DNA of 64,000 nt from an uncultured virus (IMG/VR IMGVR_UViG_3300027851_000025) (taxonomy: Duplodnaviria; Heunggongvirae; Uroviricota; Caudoviricetes). Of the stretch, positions 1 through 9,498 are shown piece by piece. The position numbers and the translations under genes were made by a program. Numbering within the stretch: position 1 is the first letter of the stretch; every line of letters starts with the position of its first letter. The DNA lies in the IMG/VR virus record IMGVR_UViG_3300027851_000025; one strand, 5' to 3'. Below the pieces are notes generated by a model, which saw only the letters and a list, made by a program, of their open reading frames with translations, did no database searches and was not told the DNA's origin.

Positions 1-2
1 AT

Positions 3-803
3 AGCTATCTATTCACTGGCCCTCAAGGATGTGGGAAAACCACCCTGGCCCGGATTGTAGCCAAAGAATTGGGATGCGATGGCTACAATCTCAAAGAGCA
101 GAATGCAGCTGACTTTCGTGGAATTGACAGTGTCCGTGAAATAGTCAGGAAGATGAGGCTCCAGGGTTTATCCGGAGGACGGCGGGGATTCATCCTTGAT
201 GAAATCCATAAACAGACAAATGATGCTCAGAACGCCCTTTTAAAAGCCCTGGAAGAACCTCCTGAACATGTATATTTCTTTCTCTGCACTACCGATCCAC
301 AGCAGCTTCTGAAGACGGTCAAATCCCGATGTTCTGAATATACTGTTCAACCTCTTACCGAGGCCCAATGCATTTCACTTCTGGAAGATGTTTCAGGTAA
401 AGCTGGGGTAAAAATACCCAAGGAGGTTCTGGAGCAGATTGCCAAGGATAGCCAGGGCCATCCCCGGCAAGCTCTCACCGTTCTGGAACAGGTGATGGGA
501 CTTCCTGAGAGAGAGATGCTTAGAGCAGCAAAGCGGTCTGTGGATATTGAGTCCCAAGCCATCGACCTTTGCCGGGCATTGATCAAAGGGGATGACTGGA
601 AGAAGATTGCCGGCATACTGCAGGGTCTCGGGAAAGAGGAGCCAGAGAGCATCAGAAGGATGGTATTGAGCTATTGTGAGAAAGTTTTATTGAGCTCAGG
701 GGATTCCCAGGCTTTTGTGGTGATGGATTGCTTCAGGGAGCCCCTGTATAATACTGGAAGGCCTGGACTGGTAATGGCCTGTTATGAAGTGCTCAATGGA
801 TAA
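3..803 (+). CDS. dnaX: DNA polymerase III gamma/tau clamp loader subunit, 5' partial
   Basis: Frame is open from nt 3: YLFTGPQGCGKTT (Walker A), ILDEIH (Walker B), AQNALLKALEEPP, SRC motif. Confidence 0.92.
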   Translation, partial: SYLFTGPQGCGKTTLARIVAKELGCDGYNLKEQNAADFRGIDSVREIVRKMRLQGLSGGRRGFILDEIHKQTNDAQNALLKALEEPPEHVYFFLCTTDPQQLLKTVKSRCSEYTVQPLTEAQCISLLEDVSGKAGVKIPKEVLEQIAKDSQGHPRQALTVLEQVMGLPEREMLRAAKRSVDIESQAIDLCRALIKGDDWKKIAGILQGLGKEEPESIRRMVLSYCEKVLLSSGDSQAFVVMDCFREPLYNTGRPGLVMACYEVLNG

Positions 804-806
804 AAA

Positions 807-934
807 ATGGGGATGGCGGAATGGTAGACGCTCGGTGCCCAGTAGCTAGTGGAAATTGGGTTAAATGATTTCACTCTCCGAAAAATAAATCACAGCCCGA
901 AATATTGTGGGTTCAAATCCCACTCCCCATACCA
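807..934 (+). ncRNA. tRNA-like RNA with Leu-type D arm and expanded, non-canonical anticodon region
   Basis: Acceptor ATGGGGA/TCCCCAT plus A-CCA; D arm TGGCGGAATGGTAGACGC; T arm GTGGG-TTCAAAT-CCCAC; about 75 nt between D and T arms. Confidence 0.7.
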
Positions 935-960
935 TCAAATCGAAACCAAAAGGAGAAAAC

Positions 961-1452
961 ATGGAACTGAACCTGGACAAAGACCTCAGCATCGATCCGG
1001 ATGCCCTGGATGTGGAATGCCTCCGACAACCCACTTTATTTGCCCGCTACGCCAAGGAAGAAGCCAAGGCTAAGAAAGCCTATGCGGATGCCTGGGAAAA
1101 CGCAAAAGTAGTGCGTTCTGAGCTTGTTCTGGAGGCGGCTGAAGATAAAACCTTGAAGAACGCTGCGCTCCAGGAAGCATACTACAGAAATCATCCCAAA
1201 CACCAGGAGGCCAAGAAGAAATTAGCAGAAGCAGAGTTCAATATGAATATAGCATCTGCCGCCGTGTCGGCCATGCATCAACGGAAGTACGGTCTGGATA
1301 ATCTGACTAAGTTGCTGAGTATGGAATATTTTGCAAGGCCGGCGAGCCCAAGGGATCTTTCTGCTGAGGCAAAATCTCTTCAGGAACAAAGGGAAGAGGC
1401 CACCGAAGATAGCAGGGAAAGGGCTTCCAGAAGAATGAGGAGGGAGCGATAA
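961..1452 (+). CDS. UvsY-like recombination mediator (helical)
   Basis: ATG at 961 after AAGGAG; DLSIDPDALD N-terminus, coiled coil; lies next to SSB and RecA. Confidence 0.55.
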   Translation: MELNLDKDLSIDPDALDVECLRQPTLFARYAKEEAKAKKAYADAWENAKVVRSELVLEAAEDKTLKNAALQEAYYRNHPKHQEAKKKLAEAEFNMNIASAAVSAMHQRKYGLDNLTKLLSMEYFARPASPRDLSAEAKSLQEQREEATEDSRERASRRMRRER

Positions 1453-1652
1453 TGGGATTGACCAATCAACTCTGTTCGGATGGAACTCTGAGAACCTGGA
1501 GATGGCCGGATGGAAAACCCAACCAGATTGAAATGACTGTTACCAAAGTAGAACTTACAAGGCAAAGGAGGCAAGAACTTATTGAGGTAGAAGAACGAGT
1601 CAAGGAAGTTGATCAGCACATTAGTAGAATTGTAACCGAAAGATCGAGATAA
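1452..1652 (+). CDS. hypothetical protein
   Basis: 66-aa ORF coupled to the upstream stop (TAATG). Confidence 0.5.
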   Translation: MGLTNQLCSDGTLRTWRWPDGKPNQIEMTVTKVELTRQRRQELIEVEERVKEVDQHISRIVTERSR

Positions 1653-1654
1653 AT

Positions 1655-1775
1655 TGCTGAATGTGGCGGAATAGGTAGACGCTAAATCCTGAGAATCAGG
1701 TTGCACGGAAGTGACCCACAAGCTGCTTAAATCGATACGAGTCGCATATAAGGTGCAAATCCTTATCATTCAGCA
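1655..1775 (+). ncRNA. second tRNA-like RNA with aberrant central domain
   Basis: TGCTGAATG/CATTCAGCA closing stem; D arm TGGCGGAATAGGTAGACGC; T arm ATAAGG-TGCAAAT-CCTTAT; no canonical anticodon arm and no encoded CCA. Confidence 0.6.
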
Positions 1776-1804
1776 TCAATAAAACAACCATTGGAGGAAA
1801 CCAC

Positions 1805-3019
1805 ATGGCAAGAGACAGAAAAGAAAAACGCAGGACATCCAGGGAATCGGTTCGGGACAAAGCGCGGGCCGCTGCGGATAAACGTGAAAGAGGGGGAGGA
1901 GGTCTTGATACCCTCCAGAATCTTCCCAGGGACATCGAGTTCTGGAAGCCCAAGATGGGCAAGGGGAACAAGGGCAAAAATCGGTTTTCCATCGTGCCTT
2001 ATCTCGTCAGCATAGACACTCATCCATTCCAGACCGCCGGTGAGCCTTGGCATGAATGCACATACTGGCAACACAAGATCGGAGTCGGAGCTGACAGCAA
2101 ACGATTCATCTGCCCGGCTAAAACAGCCCAGTCCGAGAATAAGAAGTGCCCGATTTGTGAGTATCGAGCCGCCCTGTTGAAGTCTGGTCAGGACCCAGAA
2201 TTGGCGGAAGAACTCAAGCCGAAGCAGCGCCAGTTGTTCAATATCCTGGATCATGACGACGAGAACAAGGGCATCCAGTTGTTCGAGATTTCCCCGCATA
2301 TGTTCGGATTCATGTTGGATGATGAGGATAAAGCCCAGGCAGAAGATTTCGGAGATCGATACTATGGGGACTTTGAAAACGGATTGGCTATCCTGGCTCG
2401 TTTTGCTGAAGGGAACTTTGCCGGCAATAAATTCCCTGAGTGCGTTCGGATCGACTTCGAAGAGCGGGATGATCTGCCGGAAGAGATGATTACCGACGAA
2501 GCGGTTGATCTTGATGCCGCCTTGAAGATCCTCGGATACAAAGAGCTGAATGACAAATTTTTTGAGCTGGATGCCGGCGGAGGCCATGAAGAGTCTGATG
2601 GCGATCAGGATGGCGACGAAGAGGAGGAAAAGCCAAAAAGTAGAAACTCCTCTAAATCCGCTGCCAAGACATCATCTTCCAGGGCCAGAAAAAAGAAGGA
2701 AGAAGATGACGATGACGATGACGATCAGGACGACGATGATGATGATCAGGACGGCGAACCTGAAGAGAAACCTGCCGGCAGAACTCGACAGCGCAACAAG
2801 AAACCCGAGCCGGAACCCAAGGCAAGATCCAGAAAAGAAAAGGGCGACAATCCATGCCCTGCCGGCCTGAGATTTGGCAATGACTGCGACACCGACGACG
2901 CCTGTGACAAGTGTGATGTCTGGGATGACTGCCGCGATCGTCTTGACGAGATCGAAGCAGAAGGGAAGAAAAGAAGGAAAGGGAAAAAGGACGATTCTGA
3001 AGATGATATCCCTTTCTAA
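1805..3019 (+). CDS. gp32-like single-stranded DNA-binding protein
   Basis: H..CP..CPICE metal site, long acidic linker, C-terminal DDIPF; GGAGG RBS. Confidence 0.75.
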   Translation: MARDRKEKRRTSRESVRDKARAAADKRERGGGGLDTLQNLPRDIEFWKPKMGKGNKGKNRFSIVPYLVSIDTHPFQTAGEPWHECTYWQHKIGVGADSKRFICPAKTAQSENKKCPICEYRAALLKSGQDPELAEELKPKQRQLFNILDHDDENKGIQLFEISPHMFGFMLDDEDKAQAEDFGDRYYGDFENGLAILARFAEGNFAGNKFPECVRIDFEERDDLPEEMITDEAVDLDAALKILGYKELNDKFFELDAGGGHEESDGDQDGDEEEEKPKSRNSSKSAAKTSSSRARKKKEEDDDDDDDQDDDDDDQDGEPEEKPAGRTRQRNKKPEPEPKARSRKEKGDNPCPAGLRFGNDCDTDDACDKCDVWDDCRDRLDEIEAEGKKRRKGKKDDSEDDIPF

Positions 3020-3042
3020 ATAACGACCCATTGCATCGATAG

Positions 3043-3076
3043 AAAAGCAGATGGTGTAAAATCCCATCTGCTTTTT
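3043..3076 (+). terminator. intrinsic terminator
   Basis: AAAAGCAGATGG/CCATCTGCTTTTT hairpin after SSB. Confidence 0.8.
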
Positions 3077-3092
3077 GTGGGAAAGGAGGGAT

Positions 3093-3389
3093 ATGAAGAA
3101 GAAATACTGGACAGTTGAAGAGTCCATTGAAGAGGCAAAGAAGATCGGAATTGAAGTGAGCCGACCCACTCTAATCAAATGGATCAATGAATACAAACTC
3201 GGGTTTCAACTCGGTGGGAAGGGTGGTAAGTGGTACACCTATCCACAAAGATATATGAGGTACATCAATGGCGGAAGAACCCAGGCGGCGCAGGATCTCT
3301 ACTCAGACTCAGGAGACACTACAGGAGGAGCCCAAATCCCTGGCAACTCAGATGAGGGAAAGAAGGAGCAGGAGATCCCATCAAGTTGA
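3093..3389 (+). CDS. small excisionase/MerR-like HTH DNA-binding protein
   Basis: YWTVEE..IGIEVSRPTLIKWI..G.KW pattern; AGGAGG RBS. Confidence 0.6.
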   Translation: MKKKYWTVEESIEEAKKIGIEVSRPTLIKWINEYKLGFQLGGKGGKWYTYPQRYMRYINGGRTQAAQDLYSDSGDTTGGAQIPGNSDEGKKEQEIPSS

Positions 3390-4455
3390 AACCTCCAAAC
3401 CTGAATATGACAAATTCCTGTCTACAGGCAGTACAATGTTGAATCTTTCCATTTCCGACCAGATCAACGGCGGATGGCCAATGGGAAAGATAAACACTAT
3501 TCCAGGGCAATCTACTGCCGGGAAAACTATATTGGCTCTCCATAGCCTGACCGAGGCCGCCATTGATTCTAAATTCAATGACTATGAATTGATCCTTGAC
3601 GATGTAGAAAGAAGAATCAGCTTCGATCTGAAAAAGATGTTTCCTCCCCTTTGGAACCGATTGATTACTCCAACCGGGATATACTACAAAGACCTTCTAG
3701 ATGCCGATCCAGAAAAAATCGGCATCTCCAACACCATTCAGGAGTTCCAGGCCAGAATCCTCACCAAGTGCAATAAGGGAATCAAATTCATTTGGGTAGT
3801 GGATAGTCTGGATGCGCTGACCACTGATGAGGAATTGAAGAAAGAAATGGAGAGGGCCGGCAATCTGGAAAAAGGGAAAGAGACCAAGACCGGAACATAT
3901 GCAATGGAGAAGGCCAAGTACATCCACAAGATTCTCCGAACCATCAATGGGGGATTGGCAAATACAGATTCACTTTTATTGATCACCCAGCAACTCCGGC
4001 AAAAGATCGACCCCAGCTTTGGAGAAAAGCATTGGTATACCAACGGTGGTGAAGGCCCATACTTCTACTCCCACGCCCGCCCATTCCTGAAGAAAGGGGC
4101 TGCCATCAAGAAGTTGAATCGGGTGATTGGCCGGGAAACTACTGTAGATATGGATAAGAACTCCGTAAGTGGAAAGTACCGTACAATCAAGTTCAATGTA
4201 TACTATGATATGGGAATTGATGATGTCGGTTCTATGGTTCAATTTCTACTGGATGAAGAGCACTGGAAATCAGGGAGTTGGATTGAAGCCAGGGAGTTTG
4301 AATTGAGAGAGAATGGCAAGGACGCATTGGTCCGGGCCATTGAAGAAGGTGGGCATGAAAAGAGACTGAAGAGGCTGGTCCAGCGTAAGTGGAACGAAAT
4401 TGAAGAGTCTTTGAAGCTCAATCGCAAGCCGAGGTATACGAGTGAAGAAGTCTGA
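3268..4455 (+). CDS. recA: RecA/UvsX-like recombinase
   Basis: LSTGSTMLNL..GGWPMGK, GQSTAGKT, VVDSLDAL, QLR, GGEGPYFYS. Confidence 0.88.
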   Translation: MAEEPRRRRISTQTQETLQEEPKSLATQMRERRSRRSHQVETSKPEYDKFLSTGSTMLNLSISDQINGGWPMGKINTIPGQSTAGKTILALHSLTEAAIDSKFNDYELILDDVERRISFDLKKMFPPLWNRLITPTGIYYKDLLDADPEKIGISNTIQEFQARILTKCNKGIKFIWVVDSLDALTTDEELKKEMERAGNLEKGKETKTGTYAMEKAKYIHKILRTINGGLANTDSLLLITQQLRQKIDPSFGEKHWYTNGGEGPYFYSHARPFLKKGAAIKKLNRVIGRETTVDMDKNSVSGKYRTIKFNVYYDMGIDDVGSMVQFLLDEEHWKSGSWIEAREFELRENGKDALVRAIEEGGHEKRLKRLVQRKWNEIEESLKLNRKPRYTSEEV

Positions 4456-4678
4456 CTTTTGGGAATTGGTCTGGATTCCGGTTTCCAAAAGAAAGCCCCC
4501 AGAAGACCGGGGAAAGATCATCCTTGTATGGAACCCAATCTGGAAGCAGCCCATGACCATGCAATCCTCCATTGCTCTGTACTCCCTGAATGGAATTGAA
4601 AACAAGGAGCAGGTCAGCAAGGATCGAATATTCAGCCATTGGTGCGAGCCAGGACCACCAAAAAGGAGAGATGGGTGA
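4442..4678 (+). CDS. hypothetical protein (DUF551-like)
   Basis: WIPVSKRKP...SHW pattern. Confidence 0.5.
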   Translation: MKKSDFWELVWIPVSKRKPPEDRGKIILVWNPIWKQPMTMQSSIALYSLNGIENKEQVSKDRIFSHWCEPGPPKRRDG

Positions 4679-5205
4679 GACGTGTAAAAGAAGAATCAAC
4701 TATGTTAATCTCCGGCAAGATATATATCGGGATTGATAATGGTGTAAGCGGAACAATAGGCTGGTCTGGGAATCTCAATGGGAATCCTTGTTTTGGTCAA
4801 GTCTCCATGCCGGTTCGGAAAGAACTCTCATATACAAAAGAAAAGAAAAATATCAGTAGAGTATTATTCTCAGAGTTGAAACAGATCCTCTTTGCCTGGA
4901 ACTATCTTGGTTCTACTTTGGCAGTAATCGAAAGGCCCATGATCAATCCTGGGAGATTCACCGCTTCACTTTCTGCTATCCGATGCCTGGAATCCACTTT
5001 GATTGCCTTGGAGGAGCTGGAAATACCCCATCAATATATCGACAGCAAGCAGTGGCAGAGCGTGATGCTTCCAAAAGGATTGAAAGGGGACCAGTTAAAG
5101 AAAGCAAGCCTCGACATCGGGAGAAGATTATTCCCGAGCGTAAATTGTAAACCCGATGCCGATGGAATCTTGATTGCAGAATGGGCCAGGAGGACCGGAT
5201 TATGA
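4639..5205 (+). CDS. RuvC-like Holliday junction resolvase (start uncertain)
   Basis: YIGIDNG, VIE, W, DADGILIA acidic motifs. Confidence 0.8.
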   Translation: MVRARTTKKERWVRRVKEESTMLISGKIYIGIDNGVSGTIGWSGNLNGNPCFGQVSMPVRKELSYTKEKKNISRVLFSELKQILFAWNYLGSTLAVIERPMINPGRFTASLSAIRCLESTLIALEELEIPHQYIDSKQWQSVMLPKGLKGDQLKKASLDIGRRLFPSVNCKPDADGILIAEWARRTGL

Positions 5206-5582
5206 AGAAGGCGATATATCCTTGCTGGATGGATGTTCCATGTTCCGAATGTGGAAAAATATTAAAAGTGTTTTGTTACAACAGTAAGAACTTTAAACGA
5301 AATCGCCATTTCTGTGAAGACTCTCCTTGCTTGGAAAATTATTACAACAAAACGCTATCTGGGACTTCTGCAAAAAGCACTATATCCAGGCTCATAACAA
5401 TGAGGGATTATAGGAACAAGCAAATAAAAGAATACCATGAAAAACTTGATGAATCTTGGATATCAGAATTAGAAAAGGATCTTATCAAACCAAGTCCATC
5501 TGAAGGGTTTAAAAAGGAGATCCATCAAAGGGATCAAGAATATATCAGGCAGTTGAAATTGCAAAAAGGTATTAAATCATGA
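5202..5582 (+). CDS. hypothetical Cys-containing protein
   Basis: CSECGK..FC..C; ATGA overlaps on both sides. Confidence 0.55.
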   Translation: MKKAIYPCWMDVPCSECGKILKVFCYNSKNFKRNRHFCEDSPCLENYYNKTLSGTSAKSTISRLITMRDYRNKQIKEYHEKLDESWISELEKDLIKPSPSEGFKKEIHQRDQEYIRQLKLQKGIKS

Positions 5583-6637
5583 TAAATGGAATAAGGATCA
5601 TCAACTACGAATCCCACAAAGATACTAAACTGGTATTTGAACCCGGATTGAATGTCTTTGTTGGAGAGAGTGACAAAGGAAAGTCAGGAGCCTTCCGAGC
5701 ATTTGACTGGGCCAGATCCAACCAGCCACTGGGTAATGGAATGCTTCCTCTATATTGGGAAGGAGAAACTTGTGTTGAGGTTCGATTTGATGATGGCCCT
5801 GTGGTCAAGAGGATAAAGGGAAAGCAGAATCAATATCAGCTGTGGAATCCAGACTTGGTATTTGAAGGGAATGCCGGCACCGATGTACCCAAAGAGATTC
5901 AGGCTGTTTTCAATATGGGGGATGTAAACTACCAATCTCAAATAGATCGGGCATTCCTCATGTTCGATACACCTGGAGACCGTGGAAGGATACTCAATCA
6001 GATTGCCGGCCTGGACAAGATCGACTCTACCTTGTCTGCAGCCAACTCTGACATCCTGAAGTTGAACAGAGAGAAGAATCAACTGGAGTCCACCATTGAG
6101 GAGAAGGAGAAGGAGTTAATAAAGTTCAAATTGGTTCCTAAACTTCAAGGATTGGTGGAACAGGCTGAAACCCTTGACCGGATGATTAATCAAACCAGTT
6201 CAGAGATTACTTTGGTCAGTAAGATGTTTATGGCACAGAGTAAGATCCGTTTGTCCCTGGATGGATTAGAACCAAAACTGGATAAAGCGGAACAATTGAA
6301 AGAAAAGATCGAGAAAGAAGTTGCTCAGATATCCATTGTTCGAAAGAATATAGAGGATGCCGAGAAGTGGTTGATGAGGAAATCAAAGATTGAAAAGAAC
6401 CTTCCTGACCTATCTTTAATTCAAGAAGCAGAAGATCGAGTGATTGAATTGAAGAGGGTGGTGGAGAAATTCAAAAAGGAAAGTGACCTCTACTACTCTG
6501 TTGACAAGTTGCGTTCCAATCAAGCTATAAAGGGAGCAAAACTGAGAGACTTGGATGACGCAATCTTTGAACTGGAAAAGTCCATTCCCGAGGTTTGCCC
6601 TACCTGCGGAATGGTTTTGATGGAGAAGAAGAAATGA
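5579..6637 (+). CDS. sbcC: SbcC/Rad50-like ATPase, N-terminal half
   Basis: NYESH, GESDKGKS Walker A, Q-loop, coiled coil ending in CPTCG zinc hook. Confidence 0.85.
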   Translation: MINGIRIINYESHKDTKLVFEPGLNVFVGESDKGKSGAFRAFDWARSNQPLGNGMLPLYWEGETCVEVRFDDGPVVKRIKGKQNQYQLWNPDLVFEGNAGTDVPKEIQAVFNMGDVNYQSQIDRAFLMFDTPGDRGRILNQIAGLDKIDSTLSAANSDILKLNREKNQLESTIEEKEKELIKFKLVPKLQGLVEQAETLDRMINQTSSEITLVSKMFMAQSKIRLSLDGLEPKLDKAEQLKEKIEKEVAQISIVRKNIEDAEKWLMRKSKIEKNLPDLSLIQEAEDRVIELKRVVEKFKKESDLYYSVDKLRSNQAIKGAKLRDLDDAIFELEKSIPEVCPTCGMVLMEKKK

Positions 6638-7041
6638 ATACAATACTAATTCCACCAAGCTGGTCAAATAATAATGATGTTTTTCTTCATTTTACAACCT
6701 TGGATAAAGAACTTTATGAATTACAAATAACCTTTGATCAAAATCCTGTAGATTTCTTTTTGTCAAGGACGGGCGATACTGGAGATGGAAAATTTTTCTT
6801 TATTTTCAGATGCCATCCTAAATATAGGATTTCTGCTGGTAAATGGGAAATTAGTTATGAAAGTAAAGCAGATACAGCGTCACAAACGTCTTTCAAAAGA
6901 ATATCTTCAACAGGGAAAATTATAAATTGCCTTTTCGAAATTATGAATTTCTATGAATGGGAATCAAGTTTAAAAATCAGAATTGAAGAACTGAGAGAAA
7001 TAAAAAACAAAATTGTTAAAATCTCAGAGAGCATAAAATGA
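6634..7041 (+). CDS. hypothetical protein, AT-rich
   Basis: ATGA-coupled ORF between sbcC-N and sbcD. Confidence 0.55.
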   Translation: MNTILIPPSWSNNNDVFLHFTTLDKELYELQITFDQNPVDFFLSRTGDTGDGKFFFIFRCHPKYRISAGKWEISYESKADTASQTSFKRISSTGKIINCLFEIMNFYEWESSLKIRIEELREIKNKIVKISESIK

Positions 7042-7973
7042 GAAGACAACGAGAGAAAGAGCCGGAAGGAAATCCTGCGGCCATTATCTTATCTGATGTG
7101 GAGCTGAGAACCAGAGTTCCGGTATGTCGAACTGATCAAGACACCTATCTGGAGACAATGTGGGGCAAAATCGAATGGATAAAACGCCTCCAGGAGAAGT
7201 ACGACTGCCCGATTTTTGACGGTGGAGACCTCACCGACAAGGACATAAAGAAAAACCCAAATCATTTGCTTCTAGCTCGTGCGATTGCATCCCTCCCCAG
7301 CCCTTGGTATACGGTTCCTGGAAACCACGATCTGCCTGGAAAGTCGATGTTGAACTACGAGAACTCAGCAATGGCTGTTCTGGAAAGAGCGGGGGTGGTG
7401 GATGCTCAATCTGATTTTGTACCAGGGAATGTCATCCGCATCCATCGCTTCCCTTGGGGAGTCCCATTGGAAAAGATAAAACCATCTTCTAACTTTTTGA
7501 ATGTGGTTCTGGTTCATGCCATGGTCTACAATCGAAAGTTACCATTCCCGGGTTGTGAAGGATACGAAGCCGATGAACTCTTGGATCTGTGGAGTAATGC
7601 AGACTTGATTGTATGCGGTCATCATCATCAGACATTTACCCGATCCAAAGGAAAGACCATTCTGGTCAACCCTGGAAGCATGATGAGGAACGATGCTGAT
7701 CAAGCAGATCATAAGCCATGCGTGTTCTTGTGGTATCCTGACGGGGACTTCCCAAAGGTTCGTCAGATATTCATTCCAATCAAGAAGGGCGTGGTTAGTA
7801 GAGAACATCTGGACGACAAACAAGAGTTGGACAGCAGACTGTCGGCCTTTGTGGAGAAGTTGGGAACACAGGACATGACTGGAGTGGACTTCGAAAAGAA
7901 TTTGGAAATTGCCTTAACGAAAAATATTAATCAAGGTATAATAGATAAAGTGTGGAAGTATTTTGAACGATAA
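7038..7973 (+). CDS. sbcD: SbcD/Mre11-like metallophosphoesterase nuclease
   Basis: LSD, GGDL, PGNHD, H, GHHH, NPGS motifs. Confidence 0.88.
   Translation: MRRQREKEPEGNPAAIILSDVELRTRVPVCRTDQDTYLETMWGKIEWIKRLQEKYDCPIFDGGDLTDKDIKKNPNHLLLARAIASLPSPWYTVPGNHDLPGKSMLNYENSAMAVLERAGVVDAQSDFVPGNVIRIHRFPWGVPLEKIKPSSNFLNVVLVHAMVYNRKLPFPGCEGYEADELLDLWSNADLIVCGHHHQTFTRSKGKTILVNPGSMMRNDADQADHKPCVFLWYPDGDFPKVRQIFIPIKKGVVSREHLDDKQELDSRLSAFVEKLGTQDMTGVDFEKNLEIALTKNINQGIIDKVWKYFER
7914..7942 (+). promoter_or_regulatory. phage promoter motif TTAACG-N17-TATAAT
   Basis: CCTTAACGA..AGGTATAAT; same motif occurs five times. Confidence 0.75.
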
Positions 7974-8337
7974 GAAACCAGAGTGTTGCATGGGGGGGAT
8001 GAAAATGGAGCAGACAGACTACCAGAAATATCGCGGAAAGTGCAAAGAATACTCTGAAAAATTATGCGCCGAAAATCCGCACCTCAGATTAGTCAGGGGT
8101 TATTACTATTGCACAGCGTGGGGAAAACAGGAGCATTGGTGGGTAGAGAACGCCAGCGGAAATGTGATCGATCCAACTAAAGACCAGTTCCCGTCAAAAG
8201 GCTCTGGAGTTTACGAGGAATTTGACGGCAATCTTTACTGCGAGTATTGTGGAAATCCCGTACACGAAGATCAGGCGTATTTTAATGGTCATCACGGATA
8301 TTGCAGCTACAACTGTGCGTATCGAGATGTGATGTAA
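7963..8337 (+). CDS. hypothetical Cys/His-rich protein
   Basis: C..HWW..IDPT (transglutaminase-like pattern) and C-terminal CEYCG..YCS..C. Confidence 0.55.
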   Translation: MNDKKPECCMGGMKMEQTDYQKYRGKCKEYSEKLCAENPHLRLVRGYYYCTAWGKQEHWWVENASGNVIDPTKDQFPSKGSGVYEEFDGNLYCEYCGNPVHEDQAYFNGHHGYCSYNCAYRDVM

Positions 8338-8397
8338 AATACGTCAGGCAGTTTGACCAATTTCGAATAAGTATCTTGCAAACTAAAGGAACCAAAT

Positions 8398-8655
8398 ATG
8401 AAAGAAACCAACGAAGAAGCCAGATTGAAGGAAGCCAGATCCAGACTGGAGAGGCTGAACCGAAGCAGGTCTGAGCTCCAGGGAGAGCTCAAGCAGATAG
8501 ACAAGAATCTCCAGGACATGGGAGTTGGAACCGATCCCAAGGAGATTGACAAGTGGCTCAAGGAACGATCTTCCAAGCTGAGAACCATGGAAGAAAAGAC
8601 TGAGGATCTATTGAATGAGCTGGAGGAGGTTCTGGATGAAATCGGAAATATCTGA
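8398..8655 (+). CDS. coiled-coil protein
   Basis: Heptad-rich 85 aa preceding SbcC-C. Confidence 0.6.
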   Translation: MKETNEEARLKEARSRLERLNRSRSELQGELKQIDKNLQDMGVGTDPKEIDKWLKERSSKLRTMEEKTEDLLNELEEVLDEIGNI

Positions 8656-9286
8656 AGCCAGATCCCGACTGGATGAACTGAAAGGCTCTCAGAAAACCAT
8701 TCAAGACCAGCTCGATCAAGCCAGGGAAAAACTCAAGGCGACCCGGAGGGAGCTTCATTGGGCCAGGAAGGCTCATGCCATTATCCAGCAAGTGGCCCAA
8801 CAAACTCAAGAGCAACTCAGATATCAGTTGAGTGAACTTCCCAAGCTGGCATTGTCTTCTGTGTTTGATGATCCATACGACTTCGACATCCAGATCGAGA
8901 CCAGGAGGGGAAGAACTGAGGTAGACTTCTGGTTTGTTCGGGAAGGACAGCAGATTTCTCCAAGAAGGTCTTCTGGCCTTGGAGCCGTAGACATTGCCGG
9001 CATGGCTCTTCGCCCTGCTCTATGGTCTCTCCAATCGCCCAGGAACCGCCCTACATTGTGGCTAGATGAGCCGTTCAAGCACCTGAAGGGCCAGGAGGCC
9101 AATCAGAGAGCTTTGGCGATGCTGGCCGAGATTTGCCGCTCTAGACCTGAGAAGGGGTGGCCAGGGATTCAGATTGTGATGGTTGCTGATGAGAGATTGG
9201 GAAGAGAGGATCTGCTGGAAGTGGCAGATTGTGTATATGAGTTCTCAATGAAAGGAAGGCAAACCGTAGCAAGGAGATTGAAATAA
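8636..9286 (+). CDS. sbcC: SbcC/Rad50-like ATPase, C-terminal half
   Basis: Coiled coil, SSGLG signature-like motif, WLDEPF Walker B. Confidence 0.8.
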   Translation: MKSEISEARSRLDELKGSQKTIQDQLDQAREKLKATRRELHWARKAHAIIQQVAQQTQEQLRYQLSELPKLALSSVFDDPYDFDIQIETRRGRTEVDFWFVREGQQISPRRSSGLGAVDIAGMALRPALWSLQSPRNRPTLWLDEPFKHLKGQEANQRALAMLAEICRSRPEKGWPGIQIVMVADERLGREDLLEVADCVYEFSMKGRQTVARRLK

Positions 9287-9287
9287 C

Positions 9288-9488
9288 ATGTTCAGAAACT
9301 ACCCTGAAAAGGTAAGCAATGCAATTGAGGTGCTTTATAGATATTCTATGGATGCGTATATATCGAGCAGAACAAAAAAAGAATTGGATAAAGAAGGATA
9401 TGAATGCAGTAAAAAGATGGCAATGAAATTCACCTTTATTCTTCCTTATCCTTCTAAAAAAAAAGAAGACAAAGATTATAAATCATAA
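9288..9488 (+). CDS. hypothetical protein
   Basis: Small ORF continuing the operon. Confidence 0.45.
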   Translation: MFRNYPEKVSNAIEVLYRYSMDAYISSRTKKELDKEGYECSKKMAMKFTFILPYPSKKKEDKDYKS

Positions 9489-9498
9489 GGGGAAACCA

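Noticed and set aside
807..1775. Canonical decoding tRNAs or group I intron-containing tRNA-Leu
   Set aside because: No 7-nt anticodon loop at the expected place, and the inserts are far too short for a group I intron.
1805..7100. Arg-rich N-termini on several proteins as a targeting signal
   Set aside because: No consistent consensus; may reflect purine-rich overlaps and cannot be supported from sequence alone.
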